In this document: piece after piece, positions 22,701-37,700 of the stretch | Layout: each line of letters opens with the position of its first letter | How positions within the stretch are numbered: the first letter of the stretch is position 1 | NCBI GenBank assembly: GCA_002633005.1 | Contig: NMRA01000825.1 | Span: 58,792 to 122,791 of the forward strand | Length of the DNA: 64,000 bases | Direction of reading: 5' to 3' | Origin: Phoronis australis | Taxonomy: Eukaryota; Animalia; Phoronida | Notes under the pieces: model-generated | What the model saw: the letters and a program-made list of their open reading frames with translations, nothing else | The model's database searches: none | Told to the model about the DNA's origin: nothing | Translations under genes and position numbers: made by a program

Positions 22701-25700
22701 CCTTTCGCTCGTTAAGAATGCTGGAGTACACGGGGGTAATGGAGTCTTCTGTCCCGGTTCAAGAGGGGGCGCTGACTGTTGATGTTTATGGCCTCTTTGA
22801 GCTCACGAGTATGCCAATTTTGTTCCTTGGCTAGGATCCTGGATGACGCAAGAGAGATGGTGTGCCCAGTCGCCAAAATATGTTTCCCCACAGCTGTTGG
22901 TCTATCTAGTTTCAGATGTTCTTTGAATCTGGTAAGGAACGGTCTCTTTGTTTCTCTAATGTAGGTGTGGTTGGGATCCTGGTCACATTTCAGCTGGTAT
23001 ATGACCCCACATTGTTTAGCCATCGGGTTTGGGTCTTAGGGTCTGACGCAACCCCACTTAGTTGTAAACATTTTTTTCTTCAGGTGATGTGTTCTCATAT
23101 GTCAAATCAAATAGTGAAGTTTGTGCTCAAGTTTTTATTAGGTTTGCACAGCCATAAATAATTAAAATTTATGATTTTCAAAATGCGTCTTTAAAAAACA
23201 GTTCTGTCAGTATATTCGCGTCTCATTGTCAAGTTATCAATACTGATCCGACTAATCAAAATTGGTGTTGATAGTGTTGATGATGGGATAAGTTTGAGCG
23301 TACATGTATATGGACCACTTAAGTTTGAGCATACATGTATATGGACCACTTAAGTTTGAGCATACATGTAAATGGGCCACTTAAGTTTGAGCATGCATGT
23401 ATATGGACCACTTAAGTTTGAGCATGCATGTATATGGACCACTTAAGTTTGAGAGCATACATGTATATGGGCCACTTAAGTTTGAGCATACATGTATATG
23501 GACCACTTAAGTTTGAGCATACATGTAAATGGACCACTTAAGTTTGAGCATGCATGTATGTGGACCACTTAAGTTTGAGCATGCATGTATATGGACCACT
23601 TAAGTTTGAGCATGCATGTATATGGACCTCTTAAGTTTGAGCATACATGTATATGGACCACTTAAGTTTGAGCGTACATGTATATGGACCACTTAAGTTT
23701 GAGCATACATATTTATGGACCACTTAAGTTTCAGCATACATGTATATGGACCACTTAAGTTTGAGTGTGTGTGGGTCACTTACGTTTTAGCATGTATGGG
23801 CCACTGAATTTTGGGTGTTTTTGGTCCACTTAAATTTGAGCATGTATGGGCCACTTTAGTTTCAGCTTATATCGGCCCTATTGTTTGAGTCTGTGCGGGC
23901 CACTGAAGTTTGAGCATGTTTGGGCCACTTAAGTTTAAGTATGTATGGTCCATTTACAATATGTCGTTTACCTTAACTTCTTTGCAAGATGTACGCCAAC
24001 AGCGAGAGACAAGACAAAAACTGCTGATGGCTAGTCTGCACTATGTAAAAGCACTGAGGGTAAGTGACAGGGTCAAGGTTACTAATCTCTGTACTGATCT
24101 CAAACTAGAATGGGAGCTAAAAATCCATTAAACAGCAGTCATCCTGTCCATAGTAAGTGAAATCTACGCATTCATTTGTCATGTGAGTTCCTTAGCCCAC
24201 AAATATCCCATGCTTGTAAAGACCTCTCCATTAAAAAGAGACTAACCTTCCGTCATTAACTGTACTTAGGAGAACACGCCAATGTAAGTGTACTGAATAC
24301 ACTCAGTATACTGCCATGACAGTGATAATGACCCATCATGACCCGTTTAATGAATTCGGCCTTCACTTGGTCGTCACGATGGGAAATATTGGTTGCGCTC
24401 AGCCCTTTATGACGGGGAATTCTGAGTCTTTTTGTGTGGATATTTTCAGTGTGTACCGTTATCAGGTAGTTTATACAAGTGACCCATTGAATTTGCAAAG
24501 AGGTTAATGTCACAGTTGCCACAATTGGCTAACTACTCTACATATGTTGGAAATAAACTTCTGAATGATAATTTCTTAATTTCCATACAATTATGTGTCG
24601 CTTGACTCGCTTTCTTCGCGTGTGTTGAGTCGGCCTTGGGCATTTGACAATTTTGTCACTTTTGTTATGCATTGGGTATGCTTACCCTCAGTTCAGCTTG
24701 CCATTGAAGGTGAAGTCATTGTGCTATTGACATAGTCTGTGTTGTCGTCTCATTCAGTCCAGTCTGATATCTGTTTACATTTTGTGGTCAACTGTTTAAT
24801 ATATTTATTATATCTAGCGCAAAGCATTCACTAAGCTGCGAGAACATGCTGTCAGACAGAGAGTCCAAGCTGAACAAGGGCTAGAAGCGGATGAGTTCCA
24901 CAGGATACAGGTCAGTGGTAGTTGGCGGTGTGGTGCATTGAACCTTGGAATAAGTTTTCACAGGGTCCTTTCCTTGTCAAAATTTTTAGTGCATTGCATG
25001 GTTTAAGCACACATGTCCTAAAAAGTGTGCATGTGAATTTTTCCATTAGACCCTAATTACTGGAAAGGTCCAGATCTGTGCTGCCATCTGTTGAGGATGT
25101 TTGTGCATTTCATGCATCTTTAAGCATCTTAACAGTGCTGAAAACTTTATTATGTTGTAGGAAATGTATTGTGTGAGTGGTAAAAACACGCAATAATTTC
25201 TATGTTAAAGGCAAAACCAAATGACATTGATGTTAGGTGCAGTAAAAAGACAGATCCTAATCATCTTGTAAAGTATTTGAACTGTTCTCATCTTGTAAAG
25301 TATTTGAACTGTTCTCATGCAACAGTATAAAGTGACATTAACAGTCCATTAAAGGCCCGCCATATTGCTTCTACCATCGGTTCCATTGAGGAAACATGTC
25401 CTACTCCCTATTGACCAGTCTCTGCAGCTCATCCGGGTTTGATCAATGCAAGTGAATGCAGAGGTCTTTGCCAGGCTGGTTACGTCACTTTCTATTTATT
25501 TATAGGCACATACTTACCAAGCAAACAGTAATGAACATGGGAAATATATCTCCCCAATGTAACCTTTTTCTGAGAGTAACCTCAAAAACAGTTGCTTTCA
25601 CCTTTAAAACTGGGCTTTACACCAGCAATAGGCAATGGCACTGGTGTTAGGTGCTGTTGAGGTATTTAAAGGATGTGCGCTTATTTGGATTATTTGGTGA

Positions 25701-28700
25701 CTATTTTAGGGTCTTTGAGTTATTTAATCATTCAGTGCACTCAAACAGTCAATCACAGTTCACATGTTCCAAAAGTTCAACAGTTTATGGTCAATATCAT
25801 TCTTGTACAGTACATTTTATAAGATCTTCTCATGCAAGTCTCACCCCTTCAGCTACTTCGTAGTGTCTGGGTCACATGGATTGCTGGCTGTGATAACCGA
25901 GAGGAACTGAAATTGTACCCTCTTACCAGGAAAGCAAGGTCATGTTACAGGTAGGTATGGACGTTGATTGCATGCTATAGAACCAGACAGTGGCACGTAA
26001 AGGTCAAATAAAATCTGTAATCTGCTGTAGGGAGAATTTAGTTTAATGTCTCAAAATACCAGCTCTCGGCTGTTTAGTGATGTCCATCTGGGTAATAGTC
26101 GGATACAAAACATGCCCGCATATTGAGAATCAGTTTTCTCCACTGAATAATAGGCATCACACTGGTTCTCGAAATGTGGGCACTTTATTTCCGACTATTG
26201 TCCAGCTGTGTACTATTCAGTTTATCCCATTATAGTGCTTATTTTGTATGAAATTTCACAATATAATAGCAAACTTGTCTAGTTCGATGTTGTAAGTTCA
26301 TTTGTCCAGGCATAGTACTTGGTGTCAAAAGCATTAATCACAGCTGTGGAAAACTGTTGTTCGTCCAGGAACACTGCCCAATTGAGATCAAAGGTTTTCA
26401 GAAATCTGGACAGTTGGCATTGCTATTTGCAAGCATAAGGAGTCTGTTTGTGCAAGATTGGGAGAATTTTTTTCCAGAATTTTTTATTTTCTCTGAATTA
26501 TTGTGTTTTTCGGAGAGCTGCATGTTATAGCCCGGTAGGATAGACTTGTGGAAGTTATTAACTCTGACCTTAGCTATAAAACGGCAGAATCCCCTGTTTT
26601 TGTCATTTTGTTAAAAATCTCGACATTGGCTTGAAGTACTCACTGACAGCTACTCACCACACTGACTGGCTCTAGCCCTAAAAAAATATTGGACTGCAGA
26701 GGCTGAGGTCATGCGTTCTTGGCGCTGATCTCAATTTTACAACATTGTCGCATGTGATTTTGTGAAAGGTTATGTTGAACCTTGTCTTTTCTGTTTTTAG
26801 TCAAATATCTGGTACAAACCTAATGAAGATTTTAACTCGATAAAAGTATATTTTCTGAAAATAGAAAGCCTGTAGAATTTGATTTAATTTTGACTTTATG
26901 CAAATCTTCTATTAATTGGATCGCATGGCCATGTTGAATATTTACTGAATGATTCATATAGGCTGTATTGTGCATATTTACTGAATGATTCACATAGCCA
27001 TTATTGTGCTTATTCACTGAATGATTCACAAAGCCATTATAGTGCTTATTTCACTGAATGATTCACAAAGCCATTATCGTGCTTATTCACTGAATGATTC
27101 ACAAAGCCATTATCGTGCTTAGTCACTGAATGATTCACAAAGCCATTATCGTGCTTAGTCACTGAATGATTCACAAAGCCATTATCGTGCTTATTCACTG
27201 AATGATTCACAAAGCCATTATCTTGCATATTTACTGAGTGATGCATATAGGCAGTATGGTGCATACTCAACAGTTGCACGTCATCTCTATGTTGATGATT
27301 ACACCCACAGGCACCACCTTCTAACAACCATGTTTGAACAGTGGAAGTGCTACGTTCAGTGGAGGCATCGCCGACAGGTGAGACTGTTGCAGTGTATACG
27401 GTGCGAGCCCTTCTGGGCAATTTCCTGTGCGAGAAATGCACACTAAGGCTGTTAAATCACAAAACTGTTGGCAATTTTCTCTTCGTACCTGTGATTTCAT
27501 TCATTACTGTGGCACCAACATTTTTTCCTGCTAGAACATTGTATTGAATTTATCGTACAGTGTTCATCATTACTTATACTTACTTTTTTCAGATACAGCT
27601 TCAAACGGTGTAAATTCAACATTCTTTTTATTTATAGATCATGATTTGATTCTCAGAAATACCAATCTGTAGTTCATAGTGTTATTATTTTAAAGGGAAA
27701 AGATCTGAAGTCAGCTAAGTTTCAATCTACAGTTCAGGAATATTTTGTCCACCAGGTGTTGCTGGAATGTCTAGAGGATGGTCGAGGGATGACTCCGTAT
27801 AGCTGATGCACGATCAGCTTTGCCGGGAGGCTTGCTTTCCCTCACTGGCCACTTCTCATGTTGTCCAGGCCATGCCTGTTGCCACCCATTTGAAAAAATA
27901 ACTGACGTGTAGTGTAGAAAGGTCACCAACAGGGCCATTGTGTTAATTTTGTTCATTTTGATATCCCTGTCCAGCTGCAGTATGCGAGAGCTGTCGAGCA
28001 CTACAAGTCGCGAGTCCTCCCGCGCTGCATGTTTCACTTCAAACTGTTTGTACTGCTACAGAGACGGAAGAAAGAGCTTACTGAACAGTCGAATGCTTTC
28101 AGGAGGTAAGTTATATTAAACACCATTCCTACTTCTCTTCTGAAATCTGAAAAGTATTAAACTTTAATTAGTCTGATGGAAAATGTCATTGGATGAATGG
28201 AAAACGTCATGAGTTCAGGGATTTGATTATATCTTGGCAAGAGACAGGAAAAATTAGTATCAGATTAATACAAACTAAAATGAGACTTAATGTTCAGAAA
28301 ATGTCGTAACTGGTTTTAGTGAAACAGTGAAGTGACTTAATTTAAAGTTGCGATGCAAGTTTAGAAGGTCGTAAACTTTCAATGTCTTCAGTGAAACAGG
28401 CCTTAAAAATGTCTGCCTTTGATTATTGTCTGTTTTATGCTTTTAAAACATTTTTTGGACTTCTAAATTTGGTTAATATATTGAACATCTTTTTTCACTT
28501 TTTATGTTTGGCAAATTCATGCTGTACTATACAAAGTGTGTTAGGTTTAAACATGAAAAACTGTGGTTAGGTTAAATTATGCATTTTGAAGGTGCGTATG
28601 CATAACTGGTCTGTATGCATAACTGGTCTGTATGCATAACTGGTCTGTATGCATAACTGGTCTGTATGCATAACTGGTCTGTATGCATAACTGGTCTGTA

Positions 28701-31700
28701 TGCATAACTGGTCTGTATGCTTAACTGGTCGGTATGCATAACTGGTCTGTGTGCATAACTGGTCTGTGTGCATAACTGATCTGTGTGCATAACTGGTCTG
28801 TGTGCATAACTTGTCTGTATGCATAACTAGTCTATATGCATAAGTGGTTTGTATGCATAACTGGTCAGTATTAAAGGTGTATTTGCATGCTCCTAACTAT
28901 GTGTAGCACGAACTAAACTACAATTATGCTATATTAACGTAATCTATGGTAAGCAAAGTGCAGTTGTATTCATTGACAACTTGTAAGCGTGAAAACAAAA
29001 AATTCTGCAAATAGGTGATTGACCTTTGCACTAATGACATACCTTGCATAGCCTGCATCATGCAGTGTTATTCCCCAGCACCATGTCAGGATTCTTACTA
29101 GATGTGGTTCAGTGATTTGGGGCAGATCATTTTTGCCACACAACTCGTAACTTACATTTGGCAATTTTCAACCTACTTCATATTCACATCGGTGCTATAT
29201 GTCGTGTTTCTGACTAATTTGGCTAAGTATTCACAGATAAGGAATTAGTGTGCAAGTTCCACTTTAAGCATTCAAACGTGTGTGTCCCATATTTGTAGGG
29301 AGAACCTTCAAGCACAGTATTTCTACGACTGGCTGAGGAGGTGGGAAGAAAGCCAGGATGTGAGAGAAATGGAACGAATGGTAATGGAGGGGTTTGGTTT
29401 GTACACAGAGGTCTTTCCTTCATTATTTGATCAATTTCTGAGATATTTTCCTGTCTACGACTAGGTTAGCATGAATGTTTGAGGTAACTTTGGGACACAT
29501 GTAAACTGATTGGATGGTACATTGAACTGGTGGATACTTGGTCGCTGTGTGTTTGCGGTTTTCGAGAAATGTTGACCTATTGCAGTACAGAGAATATTGA
29601 GGCAATTTCATTCATTAAATTACAGACATCCACAACAAATTGGCAGAGTTTCATTTCCCTTAATGGCAGGTTGTTTTGTCTGATTTTTTTGTTGTGTAAT
29701 AAGTTGAAGAAATTCGTTTTGTGCGAAACTCACTAGAAAATTCGAAATTTCAAAAATGTCAAAATTATAAAAAATATGACTAATCGAAAGGGCCATCAAG
29801 CCAGGTCAAGATTTGTTGAAATTTTGCCAGAATTGATTTGTGGATTCTAGCTGAAAATGAATGGAAATTAAGTCACGGTTTCATGCACGGAAACTTTGTC
29901 AAATTCCGACGTTGTCCAATTTCGAAAGCTATTGTACTGACCTGTTCTGTGCTGTACTGCACCTTAGTATAACATTCTTAAAATTTCACAAACATTTTTA
30001 AGTCTGGCCAGCACGCCACCTGTTGGCCGCATCACGTGACATAATGAGTATACTTTTAAAAGATTTCTGTGACCTGCTAACTGTGCAGACCCTCTAGCCA
30101 CTGAGCCATCGGGACCACCGGTCAAACGCAGAAATCCAATCAGACTTAGTGAGCATCTAGCCTTGATCTCCTCAGTCTATATGAATATGTTCATAATTAT
30201 TTGCTTAATATTGTTTTTACTAGGCCATCCTACACTACGAAGACTGCATGAAGAAAGCATATATCTTGTACTGGCAAAAACAGACCAAGGAGCATACTGC
30301 AGAAAGGATGAGGGAGGTGGGTGGCTTTGTTTAGCACTATGATTATCTCCATCGCTTGAGATGGTCAAACCTGTCTTTGTGTGTCAGCCTTCGTAGGCAG
30401 AATTGCCAGCCCTTCCAGATTTATTTGTATTCTGCGTACTTTTAGGTGCTGAAAATCTTATCAACCGAGTTTTAAAATGTTGAGGAAATTTGGCATTTAC
30501 TTCTCTTCAAAAATTCACTGAAACTAAACAATTTCATTCTTTTAAAATTATAGACATTTGAAGTGCCAGATCGGCAACAGTCATAGTTATTTGCCTTAGC
30601 TGATAATTTTGGGTTAATATCTCATGACTGCAAAAATCAACCAATAAGATTTCGTTAAGTAGTATGTACCTGTCATTGTTTTGTGTATGTTTCATGTTAG
30701 GATGTGGCTCAGCAACAGCTCAACCATGCAGTCTGCAAGCGGGTCTTCAAAGCTTGGAAGAAGTTCACATTATGTGAGAAAAAAAAGTGAGTCTTTCAAG
30801 GCACAAAGCTTTTTGTTTTGTGTTCATTTTGTTGTGCAGTGGCATGAGATAATCAACCTTCCTCTCTCACAAACCACATGGGCAGTGTTTTTAAAAGCAC
30901 CTTTTTCTCATCAAGATAACTGCTTTTTGGTAGCTGTGTTGTTTTCCTTGTCTATGCTCAGGCATCAGGTCCTTACAAAAACATTTTATTCTATTCAAAC
31001 TCTCAGGAGCTATGGGTAAACATTGTACTGGTTGGCTCCTGCAATATGCTGTAGGTGGAGCTGCTGTTTGGAGATGTCAGCACTTCTTCTAGGTTAAACT
31101 GACGTGTTTAAACACTGAACACCTTTTTGGCAAAGGTTAAAAGATGGAGAGCCATTTTATCAAAGCTTATAAGTCTGGTTTGAGCTAAGAGCCAGGTCTT
31201 TTCTTGTTTACTGGCAAACAATTCATAAAGAATGCTTTTGCTGAAACTTTATAATGGGTATTTATAAACATGGTTTATAAAGCTGGATGCTCAGCATGAG
31301 TGTGACCTTGGATCATGTTTACATTGGATTACTTAGCAGTCTTTTCACTTATGCAAAAACTCAGTGTCACTTTTGTGAAAACGCAACTATACTATCTGAC
31401 TTACAAACTTTGATAAAAATGGCCGCTGATTTGTAAAATGAAATGGTGAGTCTGTATATCGTGTATGTATCAACAGGCAAAAACTGACTGAAACAGTTTG
31501 TTAAACATGTCCCTAGTAAATTTGTTGACTTTTGTTCCCAGGCACCTGTCTGAGAGAAAGGCTGGTAAACACTTTTATGTTAGCAGACTTAGAAAAGTCT
31601 GGATTGGCTGGACTCGGGTAAGTGTGGTATATGGAAGAACCAGTAGGATCTCTAAGGATAATTCTGATTAGAGTTTGGCACCTGTGCTCTCTTTATACCG

Positions 31701-34700
31701 ACAACAGTCCATCATGATAGTGCTGAGTCATGAAGTCTGTCAAAGCTTGGCACAGTTTGTTAGAGTTCAGTCGAGGTCCGTCTACTTTATTTTGAAATTT
31801 TGTATGGGATGGGGAAACGTTGGCATAGTTTGTGCAACATGTTGAATTATTGACCTATCAGCCTACATGGTTTGTGTCTGTTGAACATGATTTATTTAAA
31901 TTATTTTCAGTACATTGCATACAGAAGAGAAAAACTACGTGAAGAGACTGTTGCGGAAAACTTCAGGCGTCGAAAACTGCTGGAGCCAGTCATGTCCGCA
32001 TGGAAGTCTTACCACAGTGTGGCGCTGACAGTGCAGGCTCAAGTGTCTGAACGTCTGCATCGACACCACCTGGTCACAATGAGGCAATCTCTGCACACGT
32101 GGCGTGTGAATGTTAGGGAGAGAGTTTGGGAACGACAAGCAGACATGAGGGCAATGGATCACTACAAGAGGATGTGTCTGAGGAAGGTGGGTACTGAAGC
32201 TGTGCTGATTCTGACCTCTATTTTGTGGTTTGGGGAAATGGAACTCAGGCTACCCGTCCTTGGTTTTGGGAGAATGTTGAATATAATTGTCAGAAAGTTT
32301 TTACTTGTCATGAAACTGGTATCAACTGTTACGTCTCAAGAATAGAGGTGTTTCCTGGACTTGGGTAGAATTGTCATTCTTCATCAGAGAAAGTTTGAGA
32401 CCAGTTTTTAAACCAGAAGTAGTTTAAACCATGTCTGCTTCTTTGACAAGAAACATGTTGGTAGCAACTACATTTTGACACCGATATTGTGAGGTGGCTA
32501 CACTAAGTGCATGCGTATAGTTTGACTTTCCCTTAGTTAGACATGTATCTTTTGTAAAGTATTTTCTTCTAATGTATATTGTGTGGTGATAAATTGTAAC
32601 TGTTATTTTGTCACTAGTTTCTGCTTGCTTGGTACGAGCATGTGACTTTGACCTTGTACCGGCGAGGGGAGTCCTTGAATGAGATGCAAAGTGCTAGGAG
32701 AGTTCTTGATAAATGTAAGTACTGTATTCAGTTGATGAATTATAAAGAGATCTTGATTCAATGATATGTAGTTAATGTCGCCTGGCTGTGAAGTGAAGGC
32801 AAGGTTTACTTGAATTACCAGTCAGACATGTTTTACATTATTGGCAGTTTGTCTATGCTAATTAATAAATGTAGTCCAGCAACGCCTTCATTGTCAGGTA
32901 GTCGTTATGAATTTTGAAATATTTTAATGGTCATTTTGAGAGCCAAATTTGAGTAAACAATACATTCTGCTTACCTTTGTCTAGTGCCAGAAATGCAAAA
33001 CGGTCCCGAAACAAAGGGGTCTTTCGGTCCTTTTTTCCCAAATATCCTCTGTGTGGTTGGTGGAGGTTCTTTCAAAAAACCCGAGAAAATAAACGAGTTT
33101 CCTGGTCAATTAATTAAATAGCCTTGTCCATTTTATTCTCTGTTTTTTTGTTTAACATGTTTCCCTGGTAACGGCAATCTTATCCATGTGTGGGTGCTGT
33201 TGTTTTTTTCTGGGAATGACAGATGGCGCTGCACACATGTTACATCTGTAGACAAAGCTGAACGTAATGCTGTCCTCGTCGTCAAGGCAATCTCCGTCTA
33301 GTAGTATATTGTGTATTGAAACATTGTACTGCTGAGTCATTACTGGCTGTAGCTAGGCTGAATAATACTGGTACTTTTCTCATTGAAGGTGTGCTGCGTG
33401 GTGCTCTGCACCAATGGCAGCAGGCCAAGGACAGAGCGATGCTGGCGCGTCTCAAGTACGAGCAGGCAGTATGTCACCACAGTCGTGTAGTGACTGGTCG
33501 GGTGGTGTTGTGCTGGCGTCAGTACGTACAAGTGATGTATAGGAAACGGGTGAGTCAGTGTTATCACAAGGCTTTACTTGATCAGTAGTTGTATAATGAC
33601 CTATGACCTTGTTTTGTGAACGAAAACCTTAAAGGGATACTCCAAATGTAAAGTGCTCAATTTGGGAAGTTGTGTACACAAATGAACCTCATGAGACCAA
33701 CGCAGCAGGTAGGTGTCAGCATTACTTTTGAAAAGTAGATTTAAGCACGTTCAAATCGTCTGTTAACATCATTCTGAGACAACCAACTCAAGCATACATT
33801 GTAAGTTGATTAGTGTAAGGTGAACCAGATGTCTATATTAACTAATAAACATTTGATAGGTTTACGAATTCAAAGCATTAAGAAATTATTACAATAATTG
33901 CAGTAACTTACCGTGGTAATAATATTGAGAAGTAATTGAAAACAATCGATGCAACCTCATCGAATCGTCCATCTATGTCCAAAGTGAAAGTTATTTTTCA
34001 TGTTTGAAAAGTGAGAAAGTTTAGTGATAATTGTCTCCATGTTTACGTGACTTTATTCCAGTTGCTGCATCGCCAGTGTATGTGGTTCTACACGGTCCAT
34101 ACAAAGGCTTCTCACTTCCTGTTGTGGCGTGAGAGGTACCATTCCTCAAGAGAAGAAAAGACTATGACCGTGGTCGCCCTCTGGCAGTGGAGCTTGGTAC
34201 TGCAACGAAAGGTGATAAGCATCCTGTGTATGTCGAGCCCTCTTGGTCAAAATAAAATAACGGTTGGTGTATTAGTTGCCGGTTGCAGTAAGTTCCCTCA
34301 AGGCGGCCATAACCCGACCTTCCATCTCAAAAATAACCACTCTCTGAACTGTTCCTTAGTCAAGTTGGAGATGATATCAGTGCTTTGAAAGCTATGACAG
34401 TTCATTATTGCCTTAGACCCGACAACAATTAAGCTTGCCATGGTCTTAAGCAATAACTGCAAGTTATTTGCTAAACCCAGAAATCATTTCCCAGTGAGCG
34501 AGGAAGAATAATTGAAAACATTTTTACATTCTATTTGGAAAGTGTCTAATTAAAAGGTTCACTTGGACAGAATGTAGATTTATAAGCACTTTGGAGGATA
34601 GAACAACTTATGTCTGTTTTTTGTGCCATTTTTGGTTAGATTGCAACTTTCTGATTATCCTAGATATTATTCAATATTCTAATAACCAGAAAGTTGTGCT

Positions 34701-37700
34701 TTAATTAACCATGTGTGCATCACTGCGGAAGTGACATTTGCTGCCTGAATCATTCCCTGCCATTTTTGTTCAAAATGCACTTCTTTCATACTGTGTATGA
34801 AGTCAAATGTGTCATTGTGTACGTCAACTTGTAACTTTTAAGTAAGTACTATGTGCTGGTTCTTACTGCTTCAGACCCGGCCGGCTGGTTCTTACTGCTT
34901 CAGACCCGGCCGGCTGGTTCTTACTGCTTCAGACCTGGCCGGCTGGTTCTTATTGCTTCAGACCCGGCCCATCAAGCTGCTTGTCATGCTGGTTGAGTTT
35001 CAGACCCCAGGACAATGTGGCCACCGCAGTAATTCAGAGTGATTCACTGTAAACTTTTTCAAATCTAAGAAAGGATGACAATGGTGCTGTGTTGCTTAGG
35101 AAGGGTGAATGTAGACGCCTTTAAAAAAAGGAAACTTCAATTAGTTATTTCCTTAAACTGAATTTTGAAGAACATTGGGTTTCCGGTGTATGCCGATTAA
35201 ATTTCCTTCTTCAGCAATAAAGACTATGAAATATTCAATACCCAGGTACTTGTTGTTTTTACCAGCAATTCAAATTTTTTTTTTTTTTTGCTTCAGATGT
35301 TGCTTCATTGGTACGCATACCTCATGGACAGGCGCAGGAAGCAGAGGCGATACGCACGTGCCATGGACGACCGTCATCGCCGGCTGCTGAAGGAAGGCTG
35401 TTGTCAATGGTTACAAGTTGCCTCACATTTGTCCCAGATCAGGGCGAGTGCTGCCCTAAAACATCAAACACAAGTAAGACATTATTAATTATTGCACATT
35501 CATTTTTTCTGGCAATTTTTGCATAGCAATGAAGTTTTACCATCAAGATTACGTGTGTGTGTGTGGGGCAGTCAATTTGGGCAAGATTGCGAGTGGCGGG
35601 GCCAAAAAAGAACGTCGTGGGCCGCCCAGATTTTTACACGCAGGGGAAAAACTGGTTATGCCAGCTAATAATTGCAAACTGGACTCTGCAATTTACCATT
35701 TATGGATGTAAAATGCCATCATCTTTGTAAGCCCAACTGCCCAGCGTCTGATATCTGCTCTGGGCCACTTTCTCTCTCTCTCTCCCAAACTCCTTGATGA
35801 ATATTTACATTGGGCTTCTGTTATTGAGAGAATGACACTTGCCAGTTTTCGGTTTGAGCTGTGCCCCCAGTTCTACTTTTCCGTCTACCTCAGTCTGTAT
35901 CTATCAAGTCGCTGGATGGGTTTTGTCAAAGTTTTCAGAAAAAAATACCAAAAAAACAGACAATCATTAATTTTATTTTTTGGTTCATGTTTTTGGTTCG
36001 GGGAGGAGTTTTTTTTCCTACATTTTCTGTTGGGTATTAGTCCTATTCTACTTTGTGTGTAGGTTTCATAACAGTTGCTGAATTGTCAAGTAATGTAATC
36101 AACCCAAGACTATTTTCATCTTTGTTGCAGAGTAGTTACAGCGTCTACAGACGTGTCCACAAATGTGCCCTACACTGGAGATGGTTGACCGCTCGTCGCA
36201 AAGCTGACCGTCCACGGTCTGTACCCTCATCTCACAGTCTGCAGCGCCTGTCCATTTATCCAACGGCATCAGTGTCTTCACCAGAAAAGATTGTACTGCC
36301 ATCTGGTGGCTTGACAGCTAGTTTAAGGTAGAGCAAGTAGGGGGTGGTTTCAAGTCACCTTGCGTTTCTACATAAAGGGTCATGGGTCTAAGTTTGAAGC
36401 AAGGCCTGTTGATAAAATTCAAAGTGGCTAAGTATTTAAATCCTTCTAGCTCAAAAATTAACTTTTGATTTAGACCGCTTGCCATTATGAAACTATTCTC
36501 AAATTTTAAAAATTAAAAGTGGAGGTGATTTCAGGGATACGAAGGAAGTGCTTGGTAATGTTTGAGATAAGGTTCTTTAACTTTGCTTTTCACGACATGT
36601 TATTGTCACGACATGTTATTGTCACGGCATGTTGTTGTCACGGCATGTTATTGTCACAGCATGTTGTTTTGTGTGCAAAGCATAGTCTTAAGCAATAACA
36701 CACTCAGTTCTTTGCAAACCTATAAATTACTTCTCTTCTGAGTAAGGAATAAGTTGAAACTACTTTATTTTTTGTGTTGTCTGAATCAAAAGTTTGCTTC
36801 CTTGAAGAGGACATGTGTTGCTCAAGTGTGTGTCACCACAACTGGAACAGAAATTCAGGAAAATTAGACAATTATACTACAAGATTTCGGTTTCGGGAAA
36901 ATGCGTGTTTTTAGTATGAAGGGTGCAGGTTTTGTGAAAAACTTGTTGGCAGCCTTTCAGTAGTGACAGTTCTTTCCAAGACTAACCTAAACTGTACTTT
37001 GTGTATGAAACAGTTGGTGAAGCATTCTCTATTGTAGGGTTTGGAATTTTCCTGTTTTAAGAGGATTTCCTCTCTCTTGGTATCGATTTCCTCTTATTTA
37101 TTATCCAGTTTCCTCTTTTCTCTTCTCTTTTTTATCATTAATTGGACTTTATCCATGCTAAAATTTTATTTCACTTATAATAAGTTTCACAACTTTACAC
37201 AAAAAATATTTCTATCACACAATAAGCTATTTATTTGTGGAACAATACGTCACCTGAAAATTTTTCCTCGTTTTGTCATTGGTCATTCTAAGCCCTGCTA
37301 TTGGTAAGTTTGTTTTTGACATATAACATGTTATTGTTATTACACCTTCATAGACTTCTATTAATGATTAATTGTTTCAGACCCGTTGTATTCAGTGGGT
37401 CCCCGAGACCCAAACGGGCTGCACCTCGGCAACCCGACTTTTTAAGGGCGTCTTTAGAGAGAGAGGGTCTGTACCATTTTCAGCAGACTGCGTGAGTAAT
37501 TATCAATGTTGTAGCAGCAGGGAATGTCACTTGTCAGTAGAGTATGAGTTTAGTTAGTTCTGACAAGCAGTTAAGCCACGTCTACCATAGTTACTGTTGT
37601 GAAGTTCCACAAGTGCAAAGCATTATGGTGGAAGTCCTTTGCAATCGCACTATGTCAGCAAATTCTCAGGCATTTGTTTTGTTTGTATTTCACTGAAACT

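Larger units (their letters stand above)
22546..23988 (+). other. U12-type (minor spliceosome) GT-AG intron 9 of SFI1
   Basis: Donor GTATCCTCT at 22546, branch site ACCTTAAC at 23970-23977 about 10 nt before the AG (23987-88), and no long polypyrimidine tract. Splicing gives in-frame WKH-Y-VRQQ. Confidence 0.88.

Noticed and set aside
30070-30120. tRNA gene (A-box-like TGGCTCAGTGG on the minus strand; similar at about 59205)
   Set aside because: No B box or cloverleaf; at most SINE fragments.
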